A DNA stretch of 51,581 nt, filler included, from Bilabrum cf. latius (lineage: Eukaryota): NCBI GenBank assembly GCA_965178125.1. It is 2 parts of 2 records of this genome, joined end to end, with 100 filler letters (N's around TTAATTAATTAA, not from the genome) between each part and the next. Parts side by side here need not be neighbours in the genome. Positions count along the whole stretch, not along the records: positions 25,923 to 51,581 come from CBCXTV010000038.1; 1 more part is not named here. The stretch is one strand, 5' to 3'. A program made the position numbers and the translations under genes. The notes under the pieces were generated by a model. It saw only the letters and a list, made by a program, of their open reading frames with translations, had not been told where the DNA came from and ran no database searches. Of the stretch, positions 30,001 through 41,827 are shown piece after piece (within the stretch, counting starts at the first letter, position 1; each line of letters begins with the position of its first letter).

Positions 30001-32170
30001 TCGTGTCAATGCTACCAACCTGTCGCGGAACGCCTCTGTCTGCACTTTGACAACCTCGTCGGGGGTGTAGACCTCCGATACGCGCCGCTGGTCCAACAAC
30101 TGCCAGAAACTAGCGCCATCCGCCATGCTCATCTTCGTGGCATAACGCCCCTTCTGCAACCACTCTGGGTGATTGAGCTCCACCATCGGCGGGACGGACA
30201 TGAAATGGGTTGTGGCATCGAAAATCGCCAAGAAGGCCGGTGAGCGGACGCCATGCTTGTTAATGCCGCGAATGAGTTCTGCTGCAGCATGGATTTTCTT
30301 CGACGCTGCCCTCAAGTCGTCGTGATTTAGCAAACCGTCCACCTCGTTCTGGTTCAAGGCCGCCTTCACATCGTCTTCCAACCTCGCAATCGCCTTGTCC
30401 TCGAATAATCAGCCCCGCCCGCAGACCAATATGCTTACATGTTACATGTTGCATGTAGAATGATGACCGCGGGCCCTCACCACACCCAAACCGACACCTC
30501 TACTTGGACCGTCTTACCTACATATACACGGGCGCGACGCGCCTGCGCCCTTCGCTCGCCGCCGTAGAGCCGCGGATCATCGTTGGGCGCTGCCTCGTAC
30601 TTCGACACGAACTCTTGCACCTTCTCGAAGATGCACTGCTTCGGGCGACCGCGAGTCGGCGCTGCACTGCCGCTGCCGTCAACTTGCCCTCCACTGCCGC
30701 CGCTTCCAAGTGCTGAGATGCCTTTCCTCTTGCTAACGTTCAACCTCTGCGGTCTCTGCGCTTGTGCCTTCGGGGCCGGAGCGGCGTGCGCGACATGCTG
30801 CGGCTGGGCGGGCGGTGGGGGCTGCGGTGTGGCCGCGCCCGGGCGGAACGCAGCGAAGCTGAACCCTCCGCTGTCCGAGGGAGCAGTGGTCGGCGGTGAC
30901 GAGCCCATCGGCGTAGCGGCCTTCGGAGGCACACATCCACCGAACACATTCAAGGAACGCGGCTCCGGCTGTCAATCCTTGCTCCATGTGTCCCTCTGAT
31001 TGGGTGCGCAAGGCCTGCCGTCTGCTTGCCTGCGCAACGCCGCGAGTGCAATACAACACACAAGTTGCAATGTACTCCGCTGACCGCCCTCCTGTGTGCA
31101 GACTGTCCTGTACATTCCTCTCTGTGTGTGCCCCCACACCCGCCAACCGCATCCCCGCGCACCCGCACACCCGCCCGCCAACCCGCCTGCCCGCTAAAGG
31201 GGGCTGTGAGGCGATGACTGGTCTAGGCGCGAGCGGACGGGCGGGCGGGCGAGCGCCCGCATGCGCGCGATGTCACCGGGCGCCGCGTCCGCAACCCGAA
31301 AATGCGGGCGGGCGCCCGCAAAACTCCCTGCCCGAAGGAGACTGTCAACTGGTCTCGGCCAGCCTGGCCGCCCGCCTACCCACCCACACGCCCACACTCT
31401 CTTGTCCAACCGCTTGCCTGCGCCCGCCCGCTTGCTGGCCCGCCCGCCCGCCCGGCAACATGCGCCCGCAACACCTCGCGCCTCCGGCGGGCGTGACGCC
31501 ATCAACTCGTCCAAGCTGACGCCCGTGGAGGCCGTCTGCAAGAAGCTGTTGGCGATGTCTTCCATCATATCTTCCATCTGCTCTTCGCCGCCAAGCTGGA
31601 AGCTTCCGTCATCGACTTCCTGGTGGAGGGCTGATGTCAGCACACGTGCCCTCTTGATCTTCCACACCCTTTTGGCGGGTACAAGCACTCCGGCAATACC
31701 ACCACCCACATCGGCCCATTGATGACCTAAGTTGTTTGTCCTGTAGTCGCCAAACTGCTTTGTATACTCGGACAACGGCCACACTTCGTCCTCGGGATCT
31801 TCGACCCGAGTCTCCCGCGCCCTCGAGAAGATCAACTTCTTCGCGTCGTCTTCGCCGCCCCAAGACACACGACACTCATGGGTGCCAGCGCGGGTCATGC
31901 ACTGCACGCACTCCTGCTGAAAGTGCATATACAACTGGTGCACGTCGGGGTTGCTCCCCATCGCGGTCTTCAAGGACTCGACCGAAGGGTACTTGCCGCG
32001 AAAGCGGGCCCGGTAGGTTCGAAAGCACACCCTGCACAAGCTGCCCACATTTTTGCCCGTCTTGCCGTCGGGATCATATCCCCAAACCCTCTTGAGACCT
32101 TGGCCTTTGAGCACGTTGTCTTCCTCGCTGTCGGCGACGCCGCACAATGCGCAGACAGCCCCGAACACCG
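27008..32170 (-). CDS. Large multi-exon hypothetical protein (boundaries approximate; further 5' exons likely up to ~32900)
   Basis: Protein-like exons: CALCGVADSE...CRVCFRTY (~31480-32170), ~30540-30960, ~29150-30400, ~28000-28750 and ~27008-27670, ending KINAMIKAAA*. They are separated by gcct/gccc-rich intron-like segments. Confidence 0.6.
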
Positions 32171-33487
32171 TCGCCTGTTTGATGCTCCTCTCCAGTCTCC
32201 CCGAGTACAGACAGCAAGGACTGAGCGCGCGACCGTTGAGCCGCTGAGTCGAGAGGGATGGCAGGCCGGCGGGGCGGGCGGGCGGGCGACATTCCGTCGA
32301 ACGATGTAAGCCTTCTTTGCGTGAGCTCGATCACATCCGGTATGCGAATTCTGGAGATTCCGTTTGCACGATCGCAAGCCATGATGGCTCTACTCAAGGA
32401 GACGCCGGGTCCTTCCCGCCGCCCCAAGGAGCGGGGCCACACTTGCTTCAGAACTAGAAGAGGCCCCAAGTGGAAACGACCTGGAGCCCTTTTCCGATTT
32501 CGGGGCCATGGCGGCGAGCTCGCGCACCCAACCGCCGCGCTCCCCCCTGAGCGTGTTCGCCACCAAACGCCTGACCACACGCTTGCGCCTGGAAAAAAAA
32601 ACAGTAACAAGCAAGGTGGCTGCTGAGCGGCTGCGACGCGCGTCGTCCAACGGCAAGCTTGCCCAACGTCGCCACCCACGGCCGACGCCAACGCCCTTGC
32701 TGCCCGCAATCATGGCCTGTACTCGATTGCCCCATGGCGGCCGCAAGCTTCTTCCTGCCTGCAACCTGCCTGCTCGTGCCTCCGCCTGGCAACCCGCTTG
32801 CCCTCCAACTGGCCGTATGCGGTCTGGCACCCACCAAATACCACTGTCAACAGAACCTGCTTCGTGTAACGAATCAGCGTCCGAGGCCGCTCTGGTGGCC
32901 ATCCCCACAAACACAGAGCGTGCTGACCTGGTGTGCTCCGTTTCTCTGCATACGACGGTTGCCCATGAGCTTCCCGGCATGGCTGTCTCTGCTCTGGTGC
33001 CCAACCCCAAACCCAGAGCTTGCCGAGCTGGCCTGCTTGATCTCCTTGCATACCACTGTTTCTCGCAAGCCTGCCTGCATGGCTGCAACCGCTCGTGCGC
33101 ACAATAACCCCGCAAACACAGAGGCTGCCGACCTGGCGTACTTCCTTTTCCTGCGCACCGCGGTTGCCCGCAAGCCTGCCTGCATGCTTGTTTGCCATCA
33201 ACGGGTGCGTGTGCGTGTGTGCCTCCACCTGCTACCTGCACATGATCACGTCGGCCTGTCCCTTCGTCCGTCTTATTCTCTTGCCTATGTCAATGCCCCA
33301 ATGCTTGCTGCCCACATCAATGCGGCGAATGTCGACGTGTGCCCTGCCTGTGTCGGTGCCGCCCTGCTCGGATAGATGCCACAAACGCCGACGCCTTCAC
33401 AAGACGATGTCGCGGCCTACCCTTCTATGTCTGCGCGTGCTCTGCCCATGTCGCCCCTACCCCACATGAACACATGGAGAGCTCTCA

Positions 33488-36400
33488 CTAGATGTTCGTC
33501 TGGTCGTCGCTGACTCCATCGTTGCTGGCATCGTCCTCAGTGGCGACGGGCTCGGCCGGCGCCCGCTGCCAGACCGCGTCCGGCGACACCGCCGTGACCA
33601 ACGCCATTGCGATCGGGATGAGAGGGAACGCGCTGAACGCGTTGCCTGCCAGACAACTTGCCACTGCGTGGCTTGGGAGCTTCCGCACATCCATATAGGA
33701 GATGTCATAGCCGATGAACTGCAGCAGCTCCATGCCGTCTAGCTGTCGCATACTCGTGTGCACGCGGCGGCCCGCGAAAATCGCCTCGAGGTCGTCGCCC
33801 TCGATCGGATGCGAGGTGCTCCCGGTCCTCATGATGTACACGCCGCTGGCTGTCAATGTGGGAAGCTTGCCAATCCGCCAAGGGTTGCGCGAAGTGGCGC
33901 CCTCTGGCGCGTGCCGCTTGAGAGAAAAGTTGACGTCTATGAACTGCGGGATGGTCACGTCATCCGCCAAGTCCTGGGGCCAAACGTGGTTCACATAAAC
34001 CAACACTTCCCATGCCCGTTGGTCCAGGTGGCGGCACCACTGCAAGGTGTCCCGCGGCGCTGGCCATTGCATGCCACTCGCGTCGAACATCGCCATGTGA
34101 TCCATCTTATAGGCTGCATCGCTGCCTGCGCGCACACCGGTAATGCGCCCGGGGGTCTGCCACACACACCTCAAGCGACAACTCAACACTGCCAACCATC
34201 TGCAAACCCCTGCCCTGCGCCCTGGGACTGCCTGCCTCTGATGCCATTCTGTGCGCAACACCCGCATGACCATACAAACGAGACTTGCCTGAGACCGATC
34301 AAGGGGCGGCCTTCGTTCTGGTCGCCATCGCGGGACCGGTCCATGACTCGCAAGCCCTCTGGCAAGAAGAAAGAATGCCAAGGCTCCGCAACCTCCGGAC
34401 CGAGCCGGGTCTCCTCCATGAAGCGCCTGACCGTCTCTACCTTCCCCTGGTTCGCGGGGCCGAGGAACGCCAACCAATACAGCCGTTTGCGAGCCGCTCT
34501 GCTGCCGTAGGACTCCGCTGACAAAATGAACTCCTCCACTACACCGTACCCGGCCTCTCGGAGAACACGCTGGATGTAGCAAGCATCCGACTCGGCTGCG
34601 TCAGGTACTTCTTGCGCGAGGGAGACCAAGTTCTCGAGCAACACCGCGTCAGGGTGGTGGGCCCGGATGTGCTCGATGACGGTCTTGAAGCTTTCCCCTG
34701 TCTTCTCCTCCTCGCGCTGAACGCATCCTCTGTTCGCGGAGCAACTCGCGTTGAGAGAACTGCGGCTTTTGCAGGTAAAGCCTGCGACGAGGAACCGAGT
34801 GTGGCCGACCACGCACTCCTTCTTGTAGCGCTGGCAGAAGGCCATGCCACTGCTGAGGGCGGCGTTGTCCTTAAAGAGGTTGGCAGACTTGCTCACGCTG
34901 TGGCTCTCGAATTGGTCCAGTAAGAACTTCACCTTAGGCCGGTCGATCTCGCACCCCCAAGCCTGCTCGAGCTGCACCTCTTGTGAGTACTCCTCTTCCC
35001 AGAAGCGGCACAATTCCTCCACCACGATCGCAAAGATGTCAGTGCCTGATGACATCGTCCCGAAGGTGGACACGCCCAGCGCGCGCAACCGTGCCATATT
35101 GGAAGTCAGCTCGTTGACGAGACGCGGCGACAACTTGTGGTGCATGGCCTCAATCGCAAGACGAAGCGGGCTCCTGTACCGCGCCGCGGGCTGCTCTGAC
35201 GAGGCCTCAATCGCAAGACGAAGCGGGCTCCTGTACCGCGCCGCGGGCTGCTCTGACGATGACACAGTCGCAGCTTCTCCCGCCCCGCCTGCCACGCATG
35301 GCTCCAATGGCAAGGTTGGCTGCGCTCCCTCTCCGGTTTCTGCCTCCCGGCTCGCCTGCGGCGGTCCTGGCACAAGCGTCGACGCCTGCGACGAGCCGAC
35401 CTCTTGTGACACCGCAACGGCCTCATCAGCGTCCACCACGACCTCTGCCTCCTGCGGTCAGCATGCAAACTCTCAAACAACCCTAGCCCCAAGCTTCCGG
35501 CCTGGGCCTGGGCCCGGGCCCTCTCAAAATTCAGCCCGCGACCCAAGAAACACCGATTCTGACGCCTGCGCATCTTCAAGCTGTGGCTCCTGCCGCCCAT
35601 TCCCGGACACCCTGTAATCGACGGCAATTACCGGCAATTACCGGCCAATTACCGGCCAATTACCGGCCATTTTCCGGGCCAACAATTTCCGGGCAACCCC
35701 AAACCGTCCAAGACCGTCCAAGACCGAACCGTCCAAGAACCGTCCAAGACAGTATTTTTTTGAGGATGTCTCGAGCGAAACTTTTTCGGCCACCGTCCAA
35801 GGCCGGAAAATCCCCTTGGACGGTCCAAGCCCGAAACCGTCCAAGACCCAAAAAAGACAAAAAATCGGGACAGAAATTGCCCGGAAAATGCCCGCTAATT
35901 CCCGGTTATTCCCGATACTTCCCGCAAATTCCTGGCGGCTTCCGCAAAAAGCGAGCCGCAAGACATACCACACCGGGCTTAAGAGACCTTCCTCGCAACT
36001 GTTGCCTGCCTTGTTAAATTGCGCGCGTCCCGACAGACTGAGACACGACACGAGCACTGGAGATGCTCCTCCAAAGCAACAGGATGCGACATGCTACTGA
36101 AGAAGCCTTCCAAATCCAAGGCGGACGCCTGCCGCACGACGTCGTCTTCGTCGTCCTGGCCATGGCGAACCGGAAGCTCTGAGATGTCCTGCGATGCGCT
36201 TGCCTGGCGCCGCGGACGCCGCGGGCGCTTTGCGGGCGGCTCGCCCGTCGGATGCGCCGCTGTCTGTCCCGGCGCTGTCGTCGAACCTGCGCTGCTTGCT
36301 GACGCCCGCTCTGCGTTGCTCGCCCCCTGCGGCTGCACCTCTACCAACGGCTGCTCGCCTACGGCTGCTGCCAATGCCCCTGCCTGCATCTCCGCCGTCT

Positions 36401-36866
36401 CCCTGGCTACCTCTGCCGGCACAACCGCCGCCGCCTCTGGCTGCATCTGCCCTGTCTCCATGGCCACCGCCGCCGGCGCTACGGCCGGCAGTTCCACCGG
36501 CGCCCGAGTCTGCATGGCTGCCGCCTCGGCCGCTGCATCCGTCTCTGCCGCCGGCTCCGCCGGCGTCTCTGGCACCGCCGCCGCCTCTCGGTCCTCGGCC
36601 TGCAAGGCCGCCGCCTGCGTCTCCTCGGCCCCTTCTTCCGTTACTTCTGTCGGCGCCTCTACCGCCGCCGTCCTCTGTGGCGCTACTGCCGCCGCCTCCT
36701 CCGTCGGCGGCCCCTCTGCATGTGTGGCGGGGCGGCGAAACATGGACCTGATGTCGGGCGCCGCCGTGTTCTCGCTAGGCGGGGGGCGCACGGCCGCTTT
36801 CGCGCGCGGCGGGGAGCGCGACGCTGCTTTCCTGGGCGGCGGGGGGTGCTTGGCCTGCTTCCCCAT
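33488..36866 (-). CDS. DNMT5-type C5 DNA cytosine methyltransferase, three exons, no SNF2 domain seen
   Basis: Motif I FGTMSSGTDI, II WGCEID, IV LVAGFTCKSRSSLN, VI VLLENL, VIII YGSRAARKRLY, IX LDGMELLQFIGY, X LAGNAFS. In-frame GC-AG intron at 35452-36128; second intron at ~34127-34300. Confidence 0.85.
35617..35985. repeat. Repeat-rich, lower-GC insert inside the methyltransferase intron
   Basis: Four ggc(c)aattacc units, then about six accgtccaag units and the inverted repeat cttggacggtccaag. Confidence 0.75.
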
Positions 36867-37971
36867 TGCGCTAGGAAGGCTTGGCTGGATGCAAAAGTGC
36901 TGCGCCGCGCGGTCACAGTGGTGTATTCTCGGCTGTCTTCTTGCCTGCCTGAATGCCTGCCTGCCTGCCTTGCCTGTGGAATGCCTGCTAGTGTCGGTGT
37001 CTTCTTGCCTGCCTGCCTGCCTGCCTGCCTTGCCTGTCTTACAAGCCTGCCTTGACTGCCTGCTGCTTGCTTGCCCCGCCTGGCTTGTCTGCTCCTTGGC
37101 TGCCTTGCGCCTTGTTTTTGACCCTGATGCTGTATGCTATGGGACATGTCGCGCAGTCGTCCTGCCGAGTGTCTGATGCAAAGGGCATTGCGCTTGGCTC
37201 CTCGACCGCCCGCCCGCCTGCCCACACCCTCTGGTCTGTCGGCAATCAACCTGCCCCATGCCTCGCGCGACACGCACGGTCATGCTGACCAAGCCGCCTG
37301 ACCTCCCCTGCACGCCCATAGCCCATGACCATGGCCCATGCCCCTGTCCCCAAGGCCTGGCCTGGACTGCCTGCTGCCTGTTTACCGGGATGCCTGCTCC
37401 TGCCGCCTGTCCGTTGGCTGGACCGACAACTCCTGCCAACCAACTGCGCCGCCAACGGTCATTGATTCTAGGCCATGCCCCCTGAACCCCCAACGCTGCC
37501 GCATATAAGGACACTTTTCTGTGTCGCCTTGCGATACAGGCCGCAAGGCGTCTCAAGGGCAGACGTCAGCCGGCTCGCTGCGCGGGCACGAGCACGCAGA
37601 TCGTTGCCCACCTAAAGCCGCTGCCCACCTCAAACCAATTCCCGGATCAAGCCGCGGCTCCCCTCGCAGGCACGAGCACGCAGATCGTTGCCCACCGAAA
37701 GCCGCTGCCCACCTCACACCACTGCCCGGACCAAGCCGCGGCTCGCCTCAAGCTGCTGCTCACCTGCTCAAGCCGCCGCCCGATCACCCCACAACGCCGC
37801 TGCTGACCTCATAGCCTATAGCGTCGCTGCGTTGCCGCCGCGCTGCAGAACCTGACTCACTTAACCCATGAAGATATGATGAGTGAGTCAAGTGCTGCAG
37901 CGCATGGCATAGCTGCGCCGCTGCTGCGCTGCCTCACCCACCAACGCCGCCGCTGGATTACTGCTGTGCTG

Positions 37972-37973
<2 letters not shown>

Positions 37974-38033
<60 letters not shown>
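37974..38033. repeat. (CTG)20 microsatellite
   Basis: Directly visible. Confidence 0.98.
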
Positions 38034-38034
<1 letters not shown>

Positions 38035-38127
38035 GCCGCTGCTGCGCTGCTGCGCAGCCGCCTGGCCGCTGCCTCGCAGCCGCCTTGCCGCCGCCTCGCC
38101 GCCAACTGGCCGCTCCTCCTTCTCCAT

Positions 38128-40057
38128 CTACAACGGGCGGCTCCTCGTGATGGTGATCGTGATGTCGAAGCCCTGGTGCTGGAAGCGCAAACTGGCGGGC
38201 CGCTCACGCTGCACCTGCTCCTCGCCGACACGGCCATCGCCATCGCCATCGCCCACCGGCGCCGACAACATCGGCAACGGTGGCAAAAGCGGCGGATAGC
38301 GCCGCGGCACCGCCACCACCTCCTCGTCGCTCGACTCCTCCGTGTCCTCCTTGCCGGGGGGGCGGACCAAGGCCGACCGCATCAACTCCCGCTCCTGCGA
38401 CGACAACTGTGGCACCCGTTCTCGCTCCTCTTCTTCTGGCGCAACAATGGCATCGGAAGCCGTCCTCTGCGGCGTCGGCGACGGCGGCGGCTTCGCAGGC
38501 CAACTCAGCTTCGGCATCGGCAGCGGCGCTCGCGTACGCACCGCCGGCGCGGCCTTCGAAGTTGACAACAGCAGCGGCGACTGAGACGGCGCCTGTGCAC
38601 TTGAAGAGCTCGCGTCCGGCGGCTCCTCCCCTCGCGCCTCCAAGGTATGTTGTCTTACCGACTCTATTCGTTCTTCCCATTTTCCGTGTTTGGTTTCCCC
38701 TTTGTTTTTCTTTTGCACCGCCTTTGGCTTCGGCTGTTGCTGCTGTTGCATCATGTCCTGCTGCTCGTGCTGCTGCGTCTGGTTCTGCTCCTCCACTGTC
38801 GCCCCTGGCGGCTGCTGCTGCGGCTGCTGTTGCACCTGCAACTGCGGCGTCGCCTTTCGCATCTCCGACTGCGACTCATCCGACGACGACACCTGCTGAG
38901 CCTCCGCACCTGTCGTCATATCCTCCTTCGGGTCCTGCTCAGCATCGTCACGCACCGCCTGCTGCTTCGTCACCGCCTCTGGCACCACCGCCGGCTCTGC
39001 TCCTGTGGCACCGCTAGGGTCTGCTTTGGCATCATCTCCCGCAAGTGCTGCGGCTGCACCATCGTCGGCTTCCCCTGCTGGCCGGAAGATGTTGCTGGCC
39101 TCTGCTGCTGTTGCTGCTGCGCCTGCTGTTGTTGCTGCTTCTTCGTCTGCCTTGCGGGCTTCTGCTGCCGCTGTCACTCCGTCGCCGGCTTCTGCTCCTG
39201 CTGTTGCTGCAGACGCAACGGCTTCTGCCTCCCTGCGCGGCTTCTTTCCTGGCGGCGGCGTGCAAGGGGAGGGCGGCCGGGGAGGCGGCGGCGGCGGCAC
39301 CAACGGGGCCTTGGGCTGACCGCTGCTCCCCGACACCGCATCCGGCCAAGCTGACGGCCTCGAGCCCTCGCTGCGCTGGCCGCTCCCATGGCGGCTGCGC
39401 TGACGGCTGCGCTGACGGCTGCGGTGGCGGCTACGCTGGCGTCCGCGAGAGCCGCCGCGCTGGCTGCTGCGAGGGGGGCTGCGCTGGTCGTACTCGCGAG
39501 GGTCGTTCCAACCGTCGCCGTCGCGGCGACGGTCCCCGCCATGGGCATCCTCCTCCTTTTCAAAATCAGTCTTTCTATCTTGTGATTTTGATCTTTCATG
39601 TTGACCTTTTACCTTTGTACCTGTCGTCCTCAGCGTCTCTGGTTCCTTTCTGCTTCTTTGTGGTCCTCCTGGCGGCGGCGCACTCCGCCAGGTGCCACTT
39701 GCATGACGATATGGCCAAGGCGGACTCGTCCTCCCCTGTACTTCACTTGCTTCGCAGCCAAGTTGCGGGTGCACGCCGGGTTCAAACAATATCCATGCTG
39801 CTGCAAAGATCCGTCGGGCCCGAAACGGCGTCCAACATAGGGAAACTGCTTGCACCTTTTACGGGCACGCGGATCCATGGGAAACCTGGCTCATCTGGCC
39901 CGCGTTTGGTCGCTGGAGACAACTGTCGTAATGCCACCGATGTCATGTCACCGATATGCCGCTGTCTTACCCACTGTCTCACTACATACCGTTTCATGAT
40001 GCGCAACGCACTCAGTACTCTACCTGAGTACGAGTGTACTGATGCACAAACGGCCAC
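38128..40057 (-). CDS. Low-complexity Arg/Ser-, Ala-, Gln-, Glu-rich hypothetical protein (5' part uncertain or frameshifted)
   Basis: Long open frame 38128-39855 with SRxR repeats, poly-Pro and Q-rich tracts; upstream overlapping frames look globular. Confidence 0.45.
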
Positions 40058-40589
40058 AAGCTACCCCATGGATCTTCGAGCCCGCAATACCGTCGGCAAG
40101 TCCCCACGATGCGCGCGCGAGGATGCATCTCCTCTGGCTCCGGCGACGTCATCGCTAGCGGCTAGCGGGCGGCCCAACTGCCGGCAAGCGCCCGGGGCGC
40201 CGAGGCGCCCGGGCTCGCGGCCGGCCTGGCGGCTAGCGGGTCGGCTGGGGTGGGGCGAGCGGCCTGCAAGAAAAAGGCTGAGATTGGCGAAGATATCCAC
40301 ACGGCGGCATGCCGCGCGTGTGCCCTCTTTCCTGCGCGCTTGCCTGCCTACCTGCCTATCTTTCTTCTGTCCTCACCTGCATGCTGAGTGCTCCCTGCGG
40401 CTTACCCGCCCGCCAATCCGCTTCCTCAATCGCCCTGCTTTCCCTGCATTGGAGAAGACTGACGCTGCGCTGCCTGCCTGTGCTCACTTCGTCTCCTGCT
40501 GTGCCTGCGAGCCTGCACGCTGTGGCTATCGCCTGACATGCGCCGCATATACAATGTCACCCAAGACGCGCGCGCATGCCGCGTGCAAG

Positions 40590-41394
40590 TCACTGCCGGC
40601 CCGTGAGAACGTCGAGGGTCACATGGCGCCCGCTGTCCAACTTATCCGCGATGTCCATCAACTCGGTCAACGACAAATCCGCCATCGGTAACCGACCTAT
40701 GAGGTCGCGCTTCAAGCCGGTCACCGCCATGCCGCGCCTGCGCAACTCGACCTTCATCTCGTCCCTGGTGTAGCTCCCCATGACGATAGCCCTCCAGAGC
40801 GTCGCCTTGTACCTCTCGAGGTCCCGGTCCGTGGAGTCCTGCTTCTTGCGGTTCGTGCCTCTCGCGGTCCTGTGCTGCTTGCGCTTGTCGCCATCGAAGA
40901 CCTTGAACACCTTGATCGCCATCGCGAGCCATCGTCGCGCTTGCTGCCTGCAACACGACCACCGCGCCCACGACGAGAAGCCCGAAGACGCCCGCGATGA
41001 CCGCGACGAAGATCAAGAACCCCTTGTCGCTACACGCGCCCGCCCCGTACACCGCCACGAGCACCTTGGGGGCCATGGCGTAGGCGCCATTCGCCTCAAT
41101 GCGGCCCACCATCGCGCCGCTGCAGAAGTCCTCGCCCCTCAAAACCGCCGCTCCCGAGACTAACGCGTTCGCCTCCGTCGCCCCCATCGCGATGCGGAGG
41201 CCGCACGCGACCCATGCGCGCGAGCCGATGGAATGCCTGCGGCGCGACACGCGATTAGACGACGACATCCCTGCCTGCCTTGCTAGCCATGGCCCGACCG
41301 TAATGGCGGCTTGGACAACTTTTGACGTGAACTGCAGCCGCCTCGTTGCACACGTCCTGCCCATCCTGCCGACCATGCCAGCCATGGCCCCCAT
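40590..41394 (-). CDS. SAP-domain ORF preceded by a hydrophobic (TM-like) segment in another frame; possibly degenerate
   Basis: YTRDEMKVELRRRGMAVTGLKRDLIGRL is a canonical SAP motif; upstream FLIFVAVIAGVFGLLVVGAVVVL. Confidence 0.65.
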
Positions 41395-41504
41395 CTAGTA
41401 TAGCCATGTCACCATGTCCGGGGCTCGGGAGGCAATCGCGCCCGCCTAGTCCCTCGCCGCGCCCGCCGGGCGGTGCAAAGCGCATCGTCCGCACTGCGGC
41501 TATC

Positions 41505-41505
41505 G

Positions 41506-41556
<51 letters not shown>
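41505..41556. repeat. (GCCT)13 microsatellite; imperfect GCCT tracts also near 29000, 36950-37070 and 41850-41970
   Basis: Directly visible. Confidence 0.95.
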
Positions 41557-41557
<1 letters not shown>

Positions 41558-41827
41558 CTCGTGCCGCCTGCCGCCTGCCCGCCTGCCGCGCTGAGGGCGG
41601 TGTATGTACTGACGCGGGGATGCATGGAAGCGGCGGCGGAGGTGATGGGCGGTGGGAACTGCTCTTCTGTGACTGCCTGCTTGCCGCTTGAGCTGGGCCC
41701 CTGTCTGCCGCGATGCGCTTTCCATGTGCAAGCATAGTGCTGTACTGTGCGGCCTGCCCGGTCTCGAACACCTGGAAACTGCTTTGGCGACCTTGCTGAA
41801 AGCCTGCCCGGTCGCTGGCTCCTGACA

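Noticed and set aside
37859-37870. piggyBac-like end TTAACCC
   Set aside because: No convincing partner end or piggyBac transposase was found.
36019-40691. Long plus-strand ORFs (36019-37176, 37876-38565, 39045-40691)
   Set aside because: They are antisense shadows of low-complexity minus-strand genes and microsatellites.
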